This document shows, piece by piece, positions 47,271-58,866 of a DNA stretch of 64,000 nucleotides. Source of the DNA: Macrostomum lignano (lineage: Eukaryota); the NCBI GenBank assembly GCA_002269645.1, contig NIVC01000085.1:930001-994000 (forward strand), given 5' to 3'. The notes under the pieces are model-generated. The model saw nothing but the letters and a program-made list of their open reading frames with translations, ran no database searches and had not been told where the DNA came from. Position 1 is the stretch's first letter, and each line of letters starts with the position of its first letter. The translations under genes and the position numbers were made by a program.

Positions 47271-48452
47271 GAATAGAAGAGAGAGAGAGAAGAGGAAAGA
47301 GATGAGAGGCGAGAGGCGAGATGAGAAGAAAGAAGAGCGATGAGAGGAGAAATGAGATGAGAGATGAGTAGATGGGAGAGGAGAAAAAAAAGAGAAAAGG
47401 GCAGAGAGGAGAGAGCTGAGAAGAGACACAAACCTAAAGCACCTGAGGCCCGAATAGAGGTCTTTAAGAGTTCGGAAACGGCTGCAGAAACGAATCCACC
47501 AGAGAGATCTGTGTTGTAAGACAGGCCTCAGCCACAAGAGCATGGAAAAGAACGTCAAAACAAAGGCTGTAGGGAGCGCTGGCTCAAACCGTGAGCTATG
47601 CGGAACCATCTCATGCAGTGCGCTTCAACATATACTCAACACAGCTAACCAACCTTCCCAACTGACGTTGTCACGCGGCACAAAAGATAAGCAATGTCTA
47701 TACAAGGACTACCAGACTGAGCTACCACACTAGTCGTCCTTGAATCTATAATGCTAGTTTCAGTCGTATATATTGGTTAATCTAATTTCCTGTCGGTAAT
47801 TTCTTTAGAAACCCTGGTCTTCTCAATTGTTGCAAGAGTTGTTGAATTTCTAACAGTATGTTTGCATAAATCGATTGAAGGCAAGCATCGCTAAATTGCA
47901 ATTACGCACTGCAAGACAACTCATTTAGCAATCGTATTCTATAGGAATCGCCCAAAAGCACTTCATATTGGTTAGAATATACAGAACAAAGCATTTTAAT
48001 CGTAGAGCTGTCTATTTTTGGGATTTAGTAAACTTTTATCGAAGCACAAAGCTGTATGTAAGTTTCAGATTGTTAAAAAAATTAAAAGCAGAAATTTGGT
48101 TCTCAACTCTGAACTCAAACTCAAAAGCATCCCTGCCATGAGTAGGATAGGCTGATGGGCTTACTGATAGGCTTACAGATAGGACTGATAGGCTTAGCAA
48201 CGGAAAACAAGAAGGCTGGTAAAGAGTACATTCATGTATAAAGTCATCACATAGATTTAAGACTCGTTGAGTTCCAGTGAAATAACAAAATTATGCTTCA
48301 AACCCATTCCGAGCAGAAGCATTGCATCATAGGAGGGAATTCCGGTAATAAAAGTCAGTCAGCTATACGTTGTTCGTTCAACATTCCTAGAGTTCTGATT
48401 TGCTAATTATTGCAATCGATTCCATTCTCGCAACTTCTGGCTGCTCTCAGCC

Positions 48453-49669
48453 TCACGGCTTCATCCAGACGTACTCGAACTCGCTGGCCAACTCCTCGGG
48501 CACAGCGTGGAACTTCAGCAGGCGGCACATCCGGCCTGACGGCGAGAAGGCGCTGCCCAGGCAGCTCGGGCTGCTGTGGCAGGCGGCGGTGCACTCGAAT
48601 TCAACTCTGGCTGGGAAACTGCTGTGAGTCATGGAGCTCTGAGCGCTGCTCATGTTGGGCATCGATGCAGCTGCCAGCTTCTTCGAAATGTTTTCATCTG
48701 GTAAGAATAAATGATGATCTGATATTTTGCTGGCAATCCAATTGCAGTTCTCTTGCATAAAATATATGAACCTTCTTCTTTCATCCATTTTCCATGTCTC
48801 TTCACTGTAATTTTCAAAACATTTCTAATTCTAACTACACGATTATATTCTAATCGCTATCTGCGCGTGCAAGAATTTGAGGAGCTCTGAGTTCTGAGTT
48901 TGTTTTGCGGGCTGAATGGCATATAAAGTGGTGACTTAGTGCCGAAGCATCCGGTGCTAAAGCCCCTGTTGCTAAAGGCCCTGGTGCTAAAGCCCCTGGT
49001 GCTAAAGCCCCTGGTGCTAAAGCCCTGTTACTAAAGGCCCTGGTGCTAAAGCCCCTGGTGCTAAAGCCCTGTTGCTAAAGCCCCTGTTGCTAAAGCCCCT
49101 GTTGCTAAAGCCCCTGTTGCTAAAGCCCCTGTTGCTAAAGCCCCTGTTGCTAAAGGCCCTGGTGCTGGCCTGCATTCAACGCTTCAGCTTACTAGCTCAT
49201 GCACCCGTACTGATAAACATTTCATTCGCTTACATTTCGGGTAGATGATTTCATAGATTGAATTTCGATTGCCACCACCGCACACCTGAGATGCATTCCC
49301 GCCGCATTTGAGATTGCACTGGGAGTCAGGAGCGGCTCCGAGAGAGCCGTAGGCCGACCCGCAGCAGCAGAACTCGGCGAACTGAGCGCCGAAGTAGCGG
49401 AATCGGCCGCACTTGCAGATGTCGGCGCACACTTGCAGCGTCATCTCGCCCGGCTTCTGCACAAACGCGGGCTCAGTCAGTTTCGTGGCGTACGGACCGA
49501 ACTTGACAATGCCTTGAAGTCCTCGCAAGTCTCGGTTGCTGTTATAGAGACCGTCCACATAGCAGCCGATGTACTGAAAACCCAGCGGACTTGGAGTTGC
49601 GGAGGCCATGCAGCTCCAGAGACAAGAGTGCAACAGAAAATAACCAGCGAAGAATGTTTCCAGCGGCAT
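48453..49669 (-). CDS. Secreted WSC + PAN/apple protein B (exons 49669-49234, 48697-48453)
   Basis: MPLETFFAGYFLLHSCLWSCMASA signal peptide; complete WSC cysteine pattern; phase-1 intron; ECTAAC..SPSC....MC. Confidence 0.9.
48955..49170. repeat. 15-bp minisatellite (GGTGCTAAAGCCCCT) in the intron of gene B
   Basis: Same family as 54830-55143. Confidence 0.9.
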
Positions 49670-49792
49670 ATCTTTATCGCTCACTTTTATTTTGGCCGCT
49701 GCTTTACACCTGTGCTGCAGACTTAGCGTTAATATCATTGATATTATCATTATATCTATAGCTGCTGCTGCTCAGGCATTGGATACAGCTAC

Positions 49793-50030
49793 GATGCGCA
49801 TGGATGCTTGTCATTGGAGCCAGATTCGATGCGCATGGATGCTTGTCATTGGAGCCAGATTCGATGCGCATGGATGCTTGTCATTGGAGCCAGATTCGAT
49901 GCGCATGGATGCTTGTCATTGGAGCCAGATTCGATGCGCATGGATGCTTGTCATTGGAGCCAGATTCGATGCGCATGGATGCTTGTCATTGGAGCCAGAT
50001 TCGATGCGCATGGATGCTTGTCATTGGATA
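49793..50030. repeat. 35-bp tandem repeat, ~6.5 copies
   Basis: GATGCGCATGGATGCTTGTCATTGGAGCCAGATTC. Confidence 0.95.
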
Positions 50031-51759
50031 GCAAATGCATTTGTTAGTCGATTCCCAGCTCTTTATACTGCCAGCTGGAAAAGAAGTTGATCGATTTTTT
50101 CCAGCACTGAGAGCTGGCTTTAAAGATGTCTGCATAGAGATGTGAAGCATGGAGGAGGCTGAGATAGCTGTATAGCCGAAAGATTTAAAGAGTCCTAAAG
50201 CACTCACAGATACATAAGGCTTGGTGAGAAGTTGAGGGCAAGCGACCATTATTCCAAAGACAGGAGTCTTTGTATGATGCACAAGCAGACACTTCCGATG
50301 AATTTCAGAGTCCCTCAGAACTCTGTTGAAAAATACATGACATGCAACATGACCCCCATGTAAATGAGGAGATAGTTTGTACAAACTTGTGGTTGAATCG
50401 AATATGGTGGCGCCTCTTCACCTGAGGTTGCATCTCAGTTTTCACGCTTTCGTGATTGACTGCCTACAGTAGTAACAGGAGGCTTACAAGCCGCACAAAA
50501 ACAAGCACGCAACGTGTTTTGCTGTAGTCGCTGTTGCACGACTACAAGATTTTGCAGCAGCTACGCAAAGGAAATTCAAAATCAGAAGAGGGATCAAAAT
50601 GTTTGCTGATAGCACCAATGTAGCTTCAAGTTCTGCTGCTCTTGACTGCACCCAAGCATCAAACAATATCAGCACCCACGCATCCGCCCACGCAACCCAC
50701 CCGCGCACTCTACAGACAGCTGCTGGTGGACGCTGCCAGCTGCTTTCGCACCGCCACTCGCTACGCCGAGGCGTCCGTCGCCGATGCCCAGACAAGCGAC
50801 CCCCCGGGCGACCTTCGACGAGTCTGCCCGCCCGCCCACCGGCTGGCTGCGGCAGCAAAGCAGAGTCTGGCTGGCTGCAGCTGCTTGAGATTCAGGTGAG
50901 CCGGTCACTGATGACAGCTTGCTCAGAGCTGCTCCCAGACCCAGAGTGTCAGTTGCTGGGCCAGCCTCCCAGATCCTCAGTTGCTGGGCCAGTCTCCACG
51001 ATCCCCAGTAATAGAAAACTCAGGAAACCCTCTAAGAACCCACTAAACCATTTTCGTCGAAATCCGCACTCGCAGGTGGACGAAGAGCGCACCCAGGCGG
51101 AGCTCCAGCTCGCAAAGTCCGCGGACACCAAAGCCGTCGAGGAATTCGTCCAGGAGACGCCCCGCCTCACCGAGTCCCAGTCCGCCTGGATGTCGAAGGT
51201 CCGCCTGGCCTTCGACCTCGCTGTCGGGCAGCTGCAGGACGCGCACTCACTCAGCGCGCCTGGCGGCCCCCTGCCGACTCGCGCCCACAGCCTGGCGCTG
51301 ATCGGCCGCGCCCTGCGCCTCCTGGCGAGCCGGCTGGATCCGGACTCGCCCGCTCAGTGGCGCCTGCTGGACATCGACCCGTCTGCCTGGCCAGCTGGAG
51401 ATTCCGGCGACACGGCGGCCGCGGCAGCAGCCGGCACCGACGCTGAGGTCGCGGAGGAGGCAGGCGAAGACAAAGACTCCTCGGCGACGGCTGTCAAGAC
51501 GCCGCCGTTGGTGGCAGCCGCGGCTCGAGAACGCGAAGCCAAAGCCGCCAGGCGGACCCGGCAGGCGTGGACGGCGTTTCAGCGGAGCCGTGACCGGCTG
51601 GCGCAGGCCACGGAGGTGCTGCAGCAGGCGCAGACTGTGGCGCTGCACAAGGACGCTCTGGTGAGTTGTTTTGGTGAGTTTGTTGGACCGACTGGTGTTT
51701 TTCATGGCTCTGTGATGCCGTCGGGTGATTTAAACCGATAGTCTCTACTATATTTATTA

Positions 51760-51965
51760 CCTATGACCGAATGTATTTGCCTATGACCGAATGTATTTGC
51801 CTATGACCGAATGCAATTGCCTAAGACCGAATGTATTTGGCTATGACCGAATTTAATTGCCTATGACCAAATTTAATTGCCTATGACCGAATGTAATTGC
51901 CTATGACCGAATGCAATTGCCTATGACCGAATGCAATTGCCTATGATCGAATGTAATTGCCTATG
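51760..51965. repeat. 20-bp minisatellite (CCTATGACCGAATGTATTTG), resumes at 54163-54215
   Basis: The array is split by the insertion at 51966-54162. Confidence 0.9.
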
Positions 51966-54162
51966 TGATGTAACCGCCCTTGTTGCCTGTCCGCTCCGTA
52001 GAGAGACGAACGCATGGCTAGAGGGGGCAATGACCGTAGGCTGCCTATGACCGGGCAATGACCTGACGGACCTCCAGCACCAGACTGTCCCGCCCACATG
52101 ATTAGTAGCTTTGGTAGCGCTTCGTGACCAGAGGGCCAAGGACCCACATGGACCCCACCTGTAGCCAAGGTGCAATAGTTGGTCACTCGGTCATGGTATG
52201 ACCGAGTGGCTGCCACCACTCTATGTGACCTGGCGCACCTGGATCTTTCTACCAGACCTCTCGAGGCTAGAGCCCCGCCTGGATTGGTTACCAGGGGATT
52301 TAGGCTAACAGGGGAGACGCATGCAGCCGAGTACAGGGACTCTGCTTGGGGCATGATCGGGAACTCTGGGCTCAATCCTGGAGGATTTCTCAGCAGGGGA
52401 TCCTTTGTGGCTGTGAGCGAGGCTGACTTGCGACTTTGATTACTAAGAGTAGTATGAGGCGAACATGTACTGTCTACAGTTTAGATTGCTCAGGGCGAAG
52501 GGACGCGTTAGCATGGGGTTGCAACCTTCCTACTGCCATTCTGTGCCAAGACTCGCTAATCCCTCTACTGCACGCACACGCGGCCCCGCAGCACGCACTC
52601 ACAGGCCATTAGCTTACCCAAACTTCCTTATGCTTTGCCACCCCGGGAGAAAGGCTTAGCAAGCCATGAGTGAAATGATGGTGAAAGATTGAATAATGAT
52701 GAAGTTAGTTAATAGTTAATAATTAGGCCCTTAGGCAAATAAGCAGGCAATTAGGCGGCTTCACTATTGAGTAAAATACAGCAAAAGATACGGTATCACA
52801 ATTGGCTCAGCTCTCTAATCAGACAATGGAAAATAGGCAAACCCCGGATAAGCAAAGGCAATTAGAGCACAAATTAGTAGCAGGAACTTACCGGCAGCTG
52901 CACAGAGAGAGAGAGAGGCGGAGTGACCGAGGGCGGCTGTAGGCTGCAGTCAGGCAGACGGTGAAGCGGCGATGCGCTGGAGCGACGAGGCGCTGATGTA
53001 GATCAGGCGATGCTGATGATGCTGGGCGGTATCAGACCGCTGGCCGATAGGCGAGCTCACTTGGGGAGCTAAGGATAACTTGGCGGTAACAGACCGCGGA
53101 CCGGCAGGGATTCGTCTTATAGACGAATGGGTCAGAACTCAATCTGACAGCAAGTCCAAAGAAGCACGAGGAGAGGAACAGAGATAAACTCAGTTGAGTA
53201 TTCTCATGCCGAAATCGCTTCCTTTTATAGACCTCACAGCCGCCTCCTCAAGGTCGTTACCATGGCTCCCTCTCTCTGATTGGCTGCCGGCAGAATGACG
53301 TCAGAATGAGTCATGATGAGAAGCATGAGACCGGCATAGCAACATGAGAAATCGGGAAATTGCGCAATCCGGAGGTGGGGTGGGGGGATAATTGGCGCAG
53401 CGGGTGGTCGCGAAAGTGTTGCGCAAGCAAACATTGAGAACAATAGGGCTGGGGTCGAGAACAAAGGAATTGGAAATCGGGGATAATTGGGGAAAACTGA
53501 GAACAATGGAAAAGTAAACATTGGAGAAAAGGTGATAATTAGGTGCGAAAACGGAACAAAAGAAAGAGAAAATCGGAGAAAATGTGATAATTGGTGGGGG
53601 TCGAGAGAACAAAAGAAGCAAAAACGAGAACAATAGAAGCGGAGGTGGGGTGGGTGTCACATGAGAAATTTGGGAAGGAGAACAATAGCGTGAGAAAAGG
53701 TTGCGCAAGAGAGGGGGATGAGTCATCGATGAGTCACCGAGGGGGAGAAGGGGTCACACGACTTGCGTCACCGTTTGGGAGTTTGAGAGGGGATGGGGAG
53801 ACGGTGAGCACACAAAGTACTGTAAGTAGACACAGGGAAAGAGGGGACAGCGCAGGAAAAGAGTGCAGAGGGAGACAAAAAAAAGGGAGGAGGTAGAGAA
53901 AGTACAGGAAGAATAGGGCGGGAACAGAAGAGATAGGGTAGAGGGGGAGGTACAGAAAGGGGTAGGGGCTCCGGAAAGGCAGGTGTGGCGGCAGGAGAGA
54001 CGGGACCAAGGCAGCAGGAGGGGTGCAGCAGAGCGGGAGTCTCCAGGCCCGGTCGGAGACCTGGCCGAGTCTCGACAGCTCTGTGCAGAGGGTGCACGGG
54101 ATAGGAGGCACTTTCGAAAAAGTTCCCATGCCCTATCCCGCGACCAGAGCGTGGTTACATCA
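51966..54162 (-). mobile_element. 2.2-kb solo-LTR-like insertion
   Basis: Ends TGATGTAACC...GGTTACATCA (10-bp inverted repeat, TG..CA) with TSD TATG. Minus-strand CCAAT (~53280) and TATAAAAGG (~53229). No ORF. Confidence 0.75.
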
Positions 54163-54829
54163 TATGACCGAATGGAATTGCCTATGACCGAATGCAATTG
54201 CCCATGACCGAATTCGATGACACGAACCGCAGGACGTGGCCAGCCAAGCCAGCCAGGAGCTGCTGTAGTGCATCGGTCAGTTCGACCTCAGCATCGCATG
54301 GCAGCAGCTCACTCTGCATCAGTCCTGCGAGACAGCCAAGCAGCTTCGCAGGACTCTCCGTCTCGCCCTGAGGGACTCGAACATGTCCGAGACGGCGGCC
54401 CTCATCAACCAGCTGGACAACTTGGAGGCTGAGGCCGCGTTTTGCAACGGCCTGCAGAGCCGGGTGGCGGCCGCCGCCAGGGACACCCTGAGGAGGACTT
54501 CTCTGGTGAGTCCGGTTTGAGCAGCTGGAGTGAGCTGATGGAGCATGGAACTGCCTGTAGCCCCCACCCTGACACAAACTACTCATAGTAGAGCTATCAG
54601 CAAATCAACTGTGAAAAATATTCTCTCTCTTCATCTCATCCCGACTCAGGCCTGGCGCCAGAGCTGCGTGGACCACGCGCACCAGGACGTCGGCAAGTCG
54701 CTGCCGCCCTTCCTGGGCTTCTTGGCGCTGCAGCACAGCCCTGACTGCCGGTACCTCTACGCTGGGGCCATGGAGAGGCAGAGGGCCGCCAAGCCTGGGA
54801 AAGGTGAGTTGGAGCTGTTGGTGTGCTGG

Positions 54830-55449
54830 CGGCCCTGGTGCTGGCGCCCCTGGGGCTGGCGCCCCTGGGGCTGGCGCCCCTGGTGCTGGCGCCCCTGGTG
54901 CTGGCGCCCCTGGTGCTGGCGCCCCTGGTGCTGGCGCCCCTGGTGCTGGCGCCCCTGGTGCTGGCGCCCCTGGTGCTGGCACCCCTGGTGCTGGCACCCC
55001 TGGTGCTAAAGCCCCTGGTGCTAAAGCCCCTGGTGCTAAAGCCCCTGGTGCTGGCGCCCCTGGTGCTAAAGCCCCTGGTGCTAAAGCCCCTGGTGCTAAA
55101 GCCCCTGGTGCTGGCGCCCCTGGTGCTAAAGCCCCTGGTGCTGGCGTTGTGGGATCGGTTGATGGCATTGTGGGATCGGTTGATGGCATTGTGGGATCGG
55201 TTGCTGGCGTTGTGGGATCGGTTGATGGCATTGTGGGATCGGTTGATGGCATTGTGGGATCGGTTGATGGCAGTGTGGGATCGGTTGATGGCATTGTGGG
55301 ATCGGTTGATTGCAGTGTGGGATCGGTTGATGGCAGTGTGGGATCGGTTGATGGCAGTGTGGGATCGGTTGATGGCAGTGTGGGATCGGTTGATGGCAGT
55401 GTGGGATCGGTTGATGGCATTGTGGGATCGGTTGATGGCATTGTGGGAT
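54830..55449. repeat. Adjacent 15-bp and 21-bp intronic minisatellites
   Basis: GGTGCTGGCGCCCCT / GGTGCTAAAGCCCCT, then GTGGGATCGGTTGATGGCATT. Confidence 0.93.
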
Positions 55450-56119
55450 TGTACGAGTACAAGCCAGCTTCGAGGAAGTGACCCCCATTTGGTGAAATCG
55501 CATTGGAAGATTTCTGTATAGAGAAGTCTTAAACAGTTTCTGCACTTCTTGTGTAACACAGCTCAGCATCTCACGTAACTGTTTCGCACTTCATGATTGA
55601 CGAGGTGTTTGGAATTTCGCACCCTAATCAATTAGCAGAGTTGGCTTAGCAATACATGCCGTATTGTAAATTACATAAAGGCTTTTCATATTTCTTTTTT
55701 CGATAAAAAATTGCAGCGATCAACAGAATCAACTTCTGTAAGAATTCATTTCTGACTGTAGTGAAGAAGCACTGGGCGGCTTGCCTTGGCTTAAAAGCTT
55801 TTCCTTCTAACCTTTTTGTTGCTTATTGCAGAATGTGCTGATCCTCGTTTGCCGTCTGCTTCAAGGCTTCGTTTGATGTCATTTTCATTGCGTCAGTTTT
55901 GTGTACTAGCTAACCAAACCTTTTTACTGTGTTTTCAAGTAACATTTTCTTTTTAAAACATTTGATTTTTATCGTAATTCAACACTTTAGAAACAAGGAA
56001 CCCTTGAACAGCCAGCAGGCCCAACCTCTGGTCAAGCAATGCAGTTTGATTTGTTATACTTTAATTCGCATAAGAAGACTTGTTTCGACTGTAACTTGCT
56101 TTGAACGTATGGGTGGATT

Positions 56120-56690
56120 CGTGAATGCGTTAGCGGATGCGTGGGTGGATGCGTGGGCGGAGATACTGGTCGATGCGTAGGTGGATATATTAGTGAATGC
56201 GTGGGTGGATATATTAGTGAATGCGTGGGTGGATATTTTGGTGGATGCGTGGGTGGATATATTAGTGAATGCGTGGGTGGATATTTTGGTGGATGCGTGG
56301 GTGGATATTTTGGTGGATGCGTGGGTGAAGATTTTGGTGGATGCGTGGGTGAAGATTTTGGTGGATGCGTGGGTGAAGATTTTGGTGGATGCGTGGGTGG
56401 AGATTTTGGTGGATACGTGGGTGAAGATTTTGGTGGATGCGTGGGTGGAGATTTTGGTGGATGCGTGGGTGGATATTTTGGTGGATGCGTGGGTGGAGAT
56501 TTTGGTGGATGCGTGGGTGGATATTTTGGTGGATGCGTGGGTGGAGATTTTGGTGGATGCGTGGGTGAAGATTTTGGTGGATGCATGGGTGAAGATTTTG
56601 GTGGATGCGTGGGTGGATATTTTGGTGGATGCGTGGGTGGAGATTTTGGTGGATGCGTGGGTGAAGATTTTAGTGGATGCGTGGTGGATG
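56120..56690. repeat. 24-bp intronic minisatellite (GGTGGATGCGTGGGTGGATATTTT)
   Basis: Visible directly. Confidence 0.93.
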
Positions 56691-58489
56691 CGCAATAGAT
56701 GCGTGTTGCGGATGTCCGGGTGGCAGTCTGGGTGGATATCTGAGTGGATGTGTTCTTACTGATTACTTTTTAACATTCCGAGACCCTACCAGTGTATAAT
56801 GTAAGCCCATGTCTACTGAAACTCCATCGGGTTTAAATCCCAGACTGAAAATCAAGCTCGCTGCCGAGATGCATTGAAAAACTCTACAAGAACATTTTTC
56901 TCACCTTCTCAGAACCACCTGACCGAGGAGCACAAGGCCGACCTCGAGCTGCTGCAGACCTGGTTCGCCCGTCTCGTCGCCGACACCGCCGAGTACATCG
57001 GCCCCGCGCTGCACAGATTCGAGCGGCTCAATCGACCCAGCTCGGCAACCACAGTCAGCACCAGCCGACGGGAGCAGCAGCAGCAGCAGCAGCAGCCAGA
57101 TGACTGCCTGGTGCTGCTGATCGATCCCAACATGGCCGAGCTGCCGCTCGAAGCTCTTCAGCAGCTGCACTTCGACAGCCTCTCAGGCATGAGCCGCGAC
57201 TTCAGCCTGCAGCTGGTGGCCCGTCGCCTCTTCGGCTCCAAGCACCTGCTGGACGAGGACGGCGGCGCCGGCGGCGGAACGGGCGACGACGAAGAAGACG
57301 ACGACCAGAGAGCTGCCGCGGTGGGCGGCGGTGGCGGCGGTGGCGCGGGCGGCAAGGCGGGCAAGGACAAGGCCTCCAAAGCCATCAGCAGGATCCCCGG
57401 GCTGCGCGATGCCAGCAAGAAGCAGAGCAAGATCATCCCGCTGGTGAGTGGGGCTGCGTGAACCCTGGCGCACTGTAAGCGACATTGTCGCACAACCGGC
57501 GAGAGGCATTGCTGCCCATTCTGCCGACTCTCCTGAGCAAGCGCACAAGCGTGCGGATACGTACTGCCACTGTGCCTTGGGGGTTGGTCCTCAACGCCGT
57601 TCAGTCCACCAGCAGACGTTGGCTCACCATCACCAGACCTGACCTTTCTAATTTCGAGCAATCATCGTGTGTCAGTTGAATGATAGGCAAATTCTCCACA
57701 CGCTTCCCAGGTGCGCCCGGTTCCTCCAGGACACCTGGCCGTTGACACGAGCCACATCCGTCACGTGGTCGATCCTTATTTAGACTGCGCCGAAACCGAG
57801 CAGTGGAAGCCGCTGGACCAGTTCCGAGCCATGATGGAGCGCCCGGAGAGGGCCCAGCAGTTCACGCCGCGCTGGCTCGGCGTCACCGGCGACGACCACG
57901 CGCCAAGCGTCGGCGAGTACGAAGTCTACCTTCGCGAGGGCACCGGCTTCATTTTCTACGGCATGGAGCGATTCCTGGCCCACGTGCCGCCACACGCGGT
58001 GGCCAGTCTGGGCCTGACCGACTGCCGCCTGGTGGCCCTGTTCGACATGGCCCAGACCAGCCAGAGCTTCCTGCGGCAGAGCAAAATCGACGTTGTGAAG
58101 CGAAGCGACCAGCTCAGACTGGAGAAACCGGTGGAGACGGCCCTGCTGATGACTCTGGCCGGGGTGCCCGCCCTGTGCTGCCACCAGTGGGCCAGCACGC
58201 TGAAGGAGAACGCCAGTCGGCTGGCCACTTTTCTGGCAGGTGCGTTGCTTCTTTGCAGCGAGAGGCTGCCTCTCAGCTTTTTATTAGAGGCAGAGAGCTG
58301 TGTGGGCGCACTTTAAGCGACATTGTCACACAACCGACGAGAGGCATTACTTCCAATTCCGCTGACTTCCTTCAGTAGGCACACACTCACACAAGAGTAT
58401 ACAGCGGCTTTAACTTTTTAATCGTTAGTATTAATAATAATATTTGATTGCACCTGCCCCAGATGTACAACCGACAGCTCAGCCGCGGC

Positions 58490-58690
58490 TCATCTGAAGG
58501 CTGCGTACGGCTTTTCGGGTCGCCACACACACACCCTTAATTACCCCAGCTAATGCTGGCACCCATTTTTTAAGCTGGGTGAGCTGAAGCAATGCAGAGT
58601 TAGGTGTCTTGCTCAAGGACACAAATTGTTCCGCGTGGAAATGGGAATCGAACCCCGACCTTCAAGTTGTGTGGACTCCAACCACAAGAC
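58490..58690 (-). mobile_element. tRNA-derived SINE with CORE/Meta-like central domain
   Basis: Minus strand: B-box GGTTCGATTCC, then TGTGTCCTTGAGCAAGACACCT...CACCCAGCT.AAAAAATGGGT. Confidence 0.65.
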
Positions 58691-58794
58691 TAAAACCCCC
58701 TTACGTTACACCCGTATGTTAGGCAGGTACACTTCACGTTAACTGCACGAGCAGAGCCAAGCCGAGACTCTAATTTAGCTCAAACTAATGTGAC

Positions 58795-58866
58795 TGCAGT
58801 TGGAATCGAGCCTGGGACACTGGCACATCAGAGCGCCGCGCTAGACCTCTGGGCTACGTCTCCCCC
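58795..58866 (-). repeat. tRNA-like SINE head
   Basis: Minus strand: TAGCCCAGAGGTCTAG (A box) and GGCTCGATTCC (B box); cloverleaf incomplete. Confidence 0.5.

Noticed and set aside
54605-56762. Collagen-like or mucin-like ORFs (GAP, PSTD, THPPK repeats)
   Set aside because: Intronic 15-, 21- and 24-bp minisatellites that are open on both strands.
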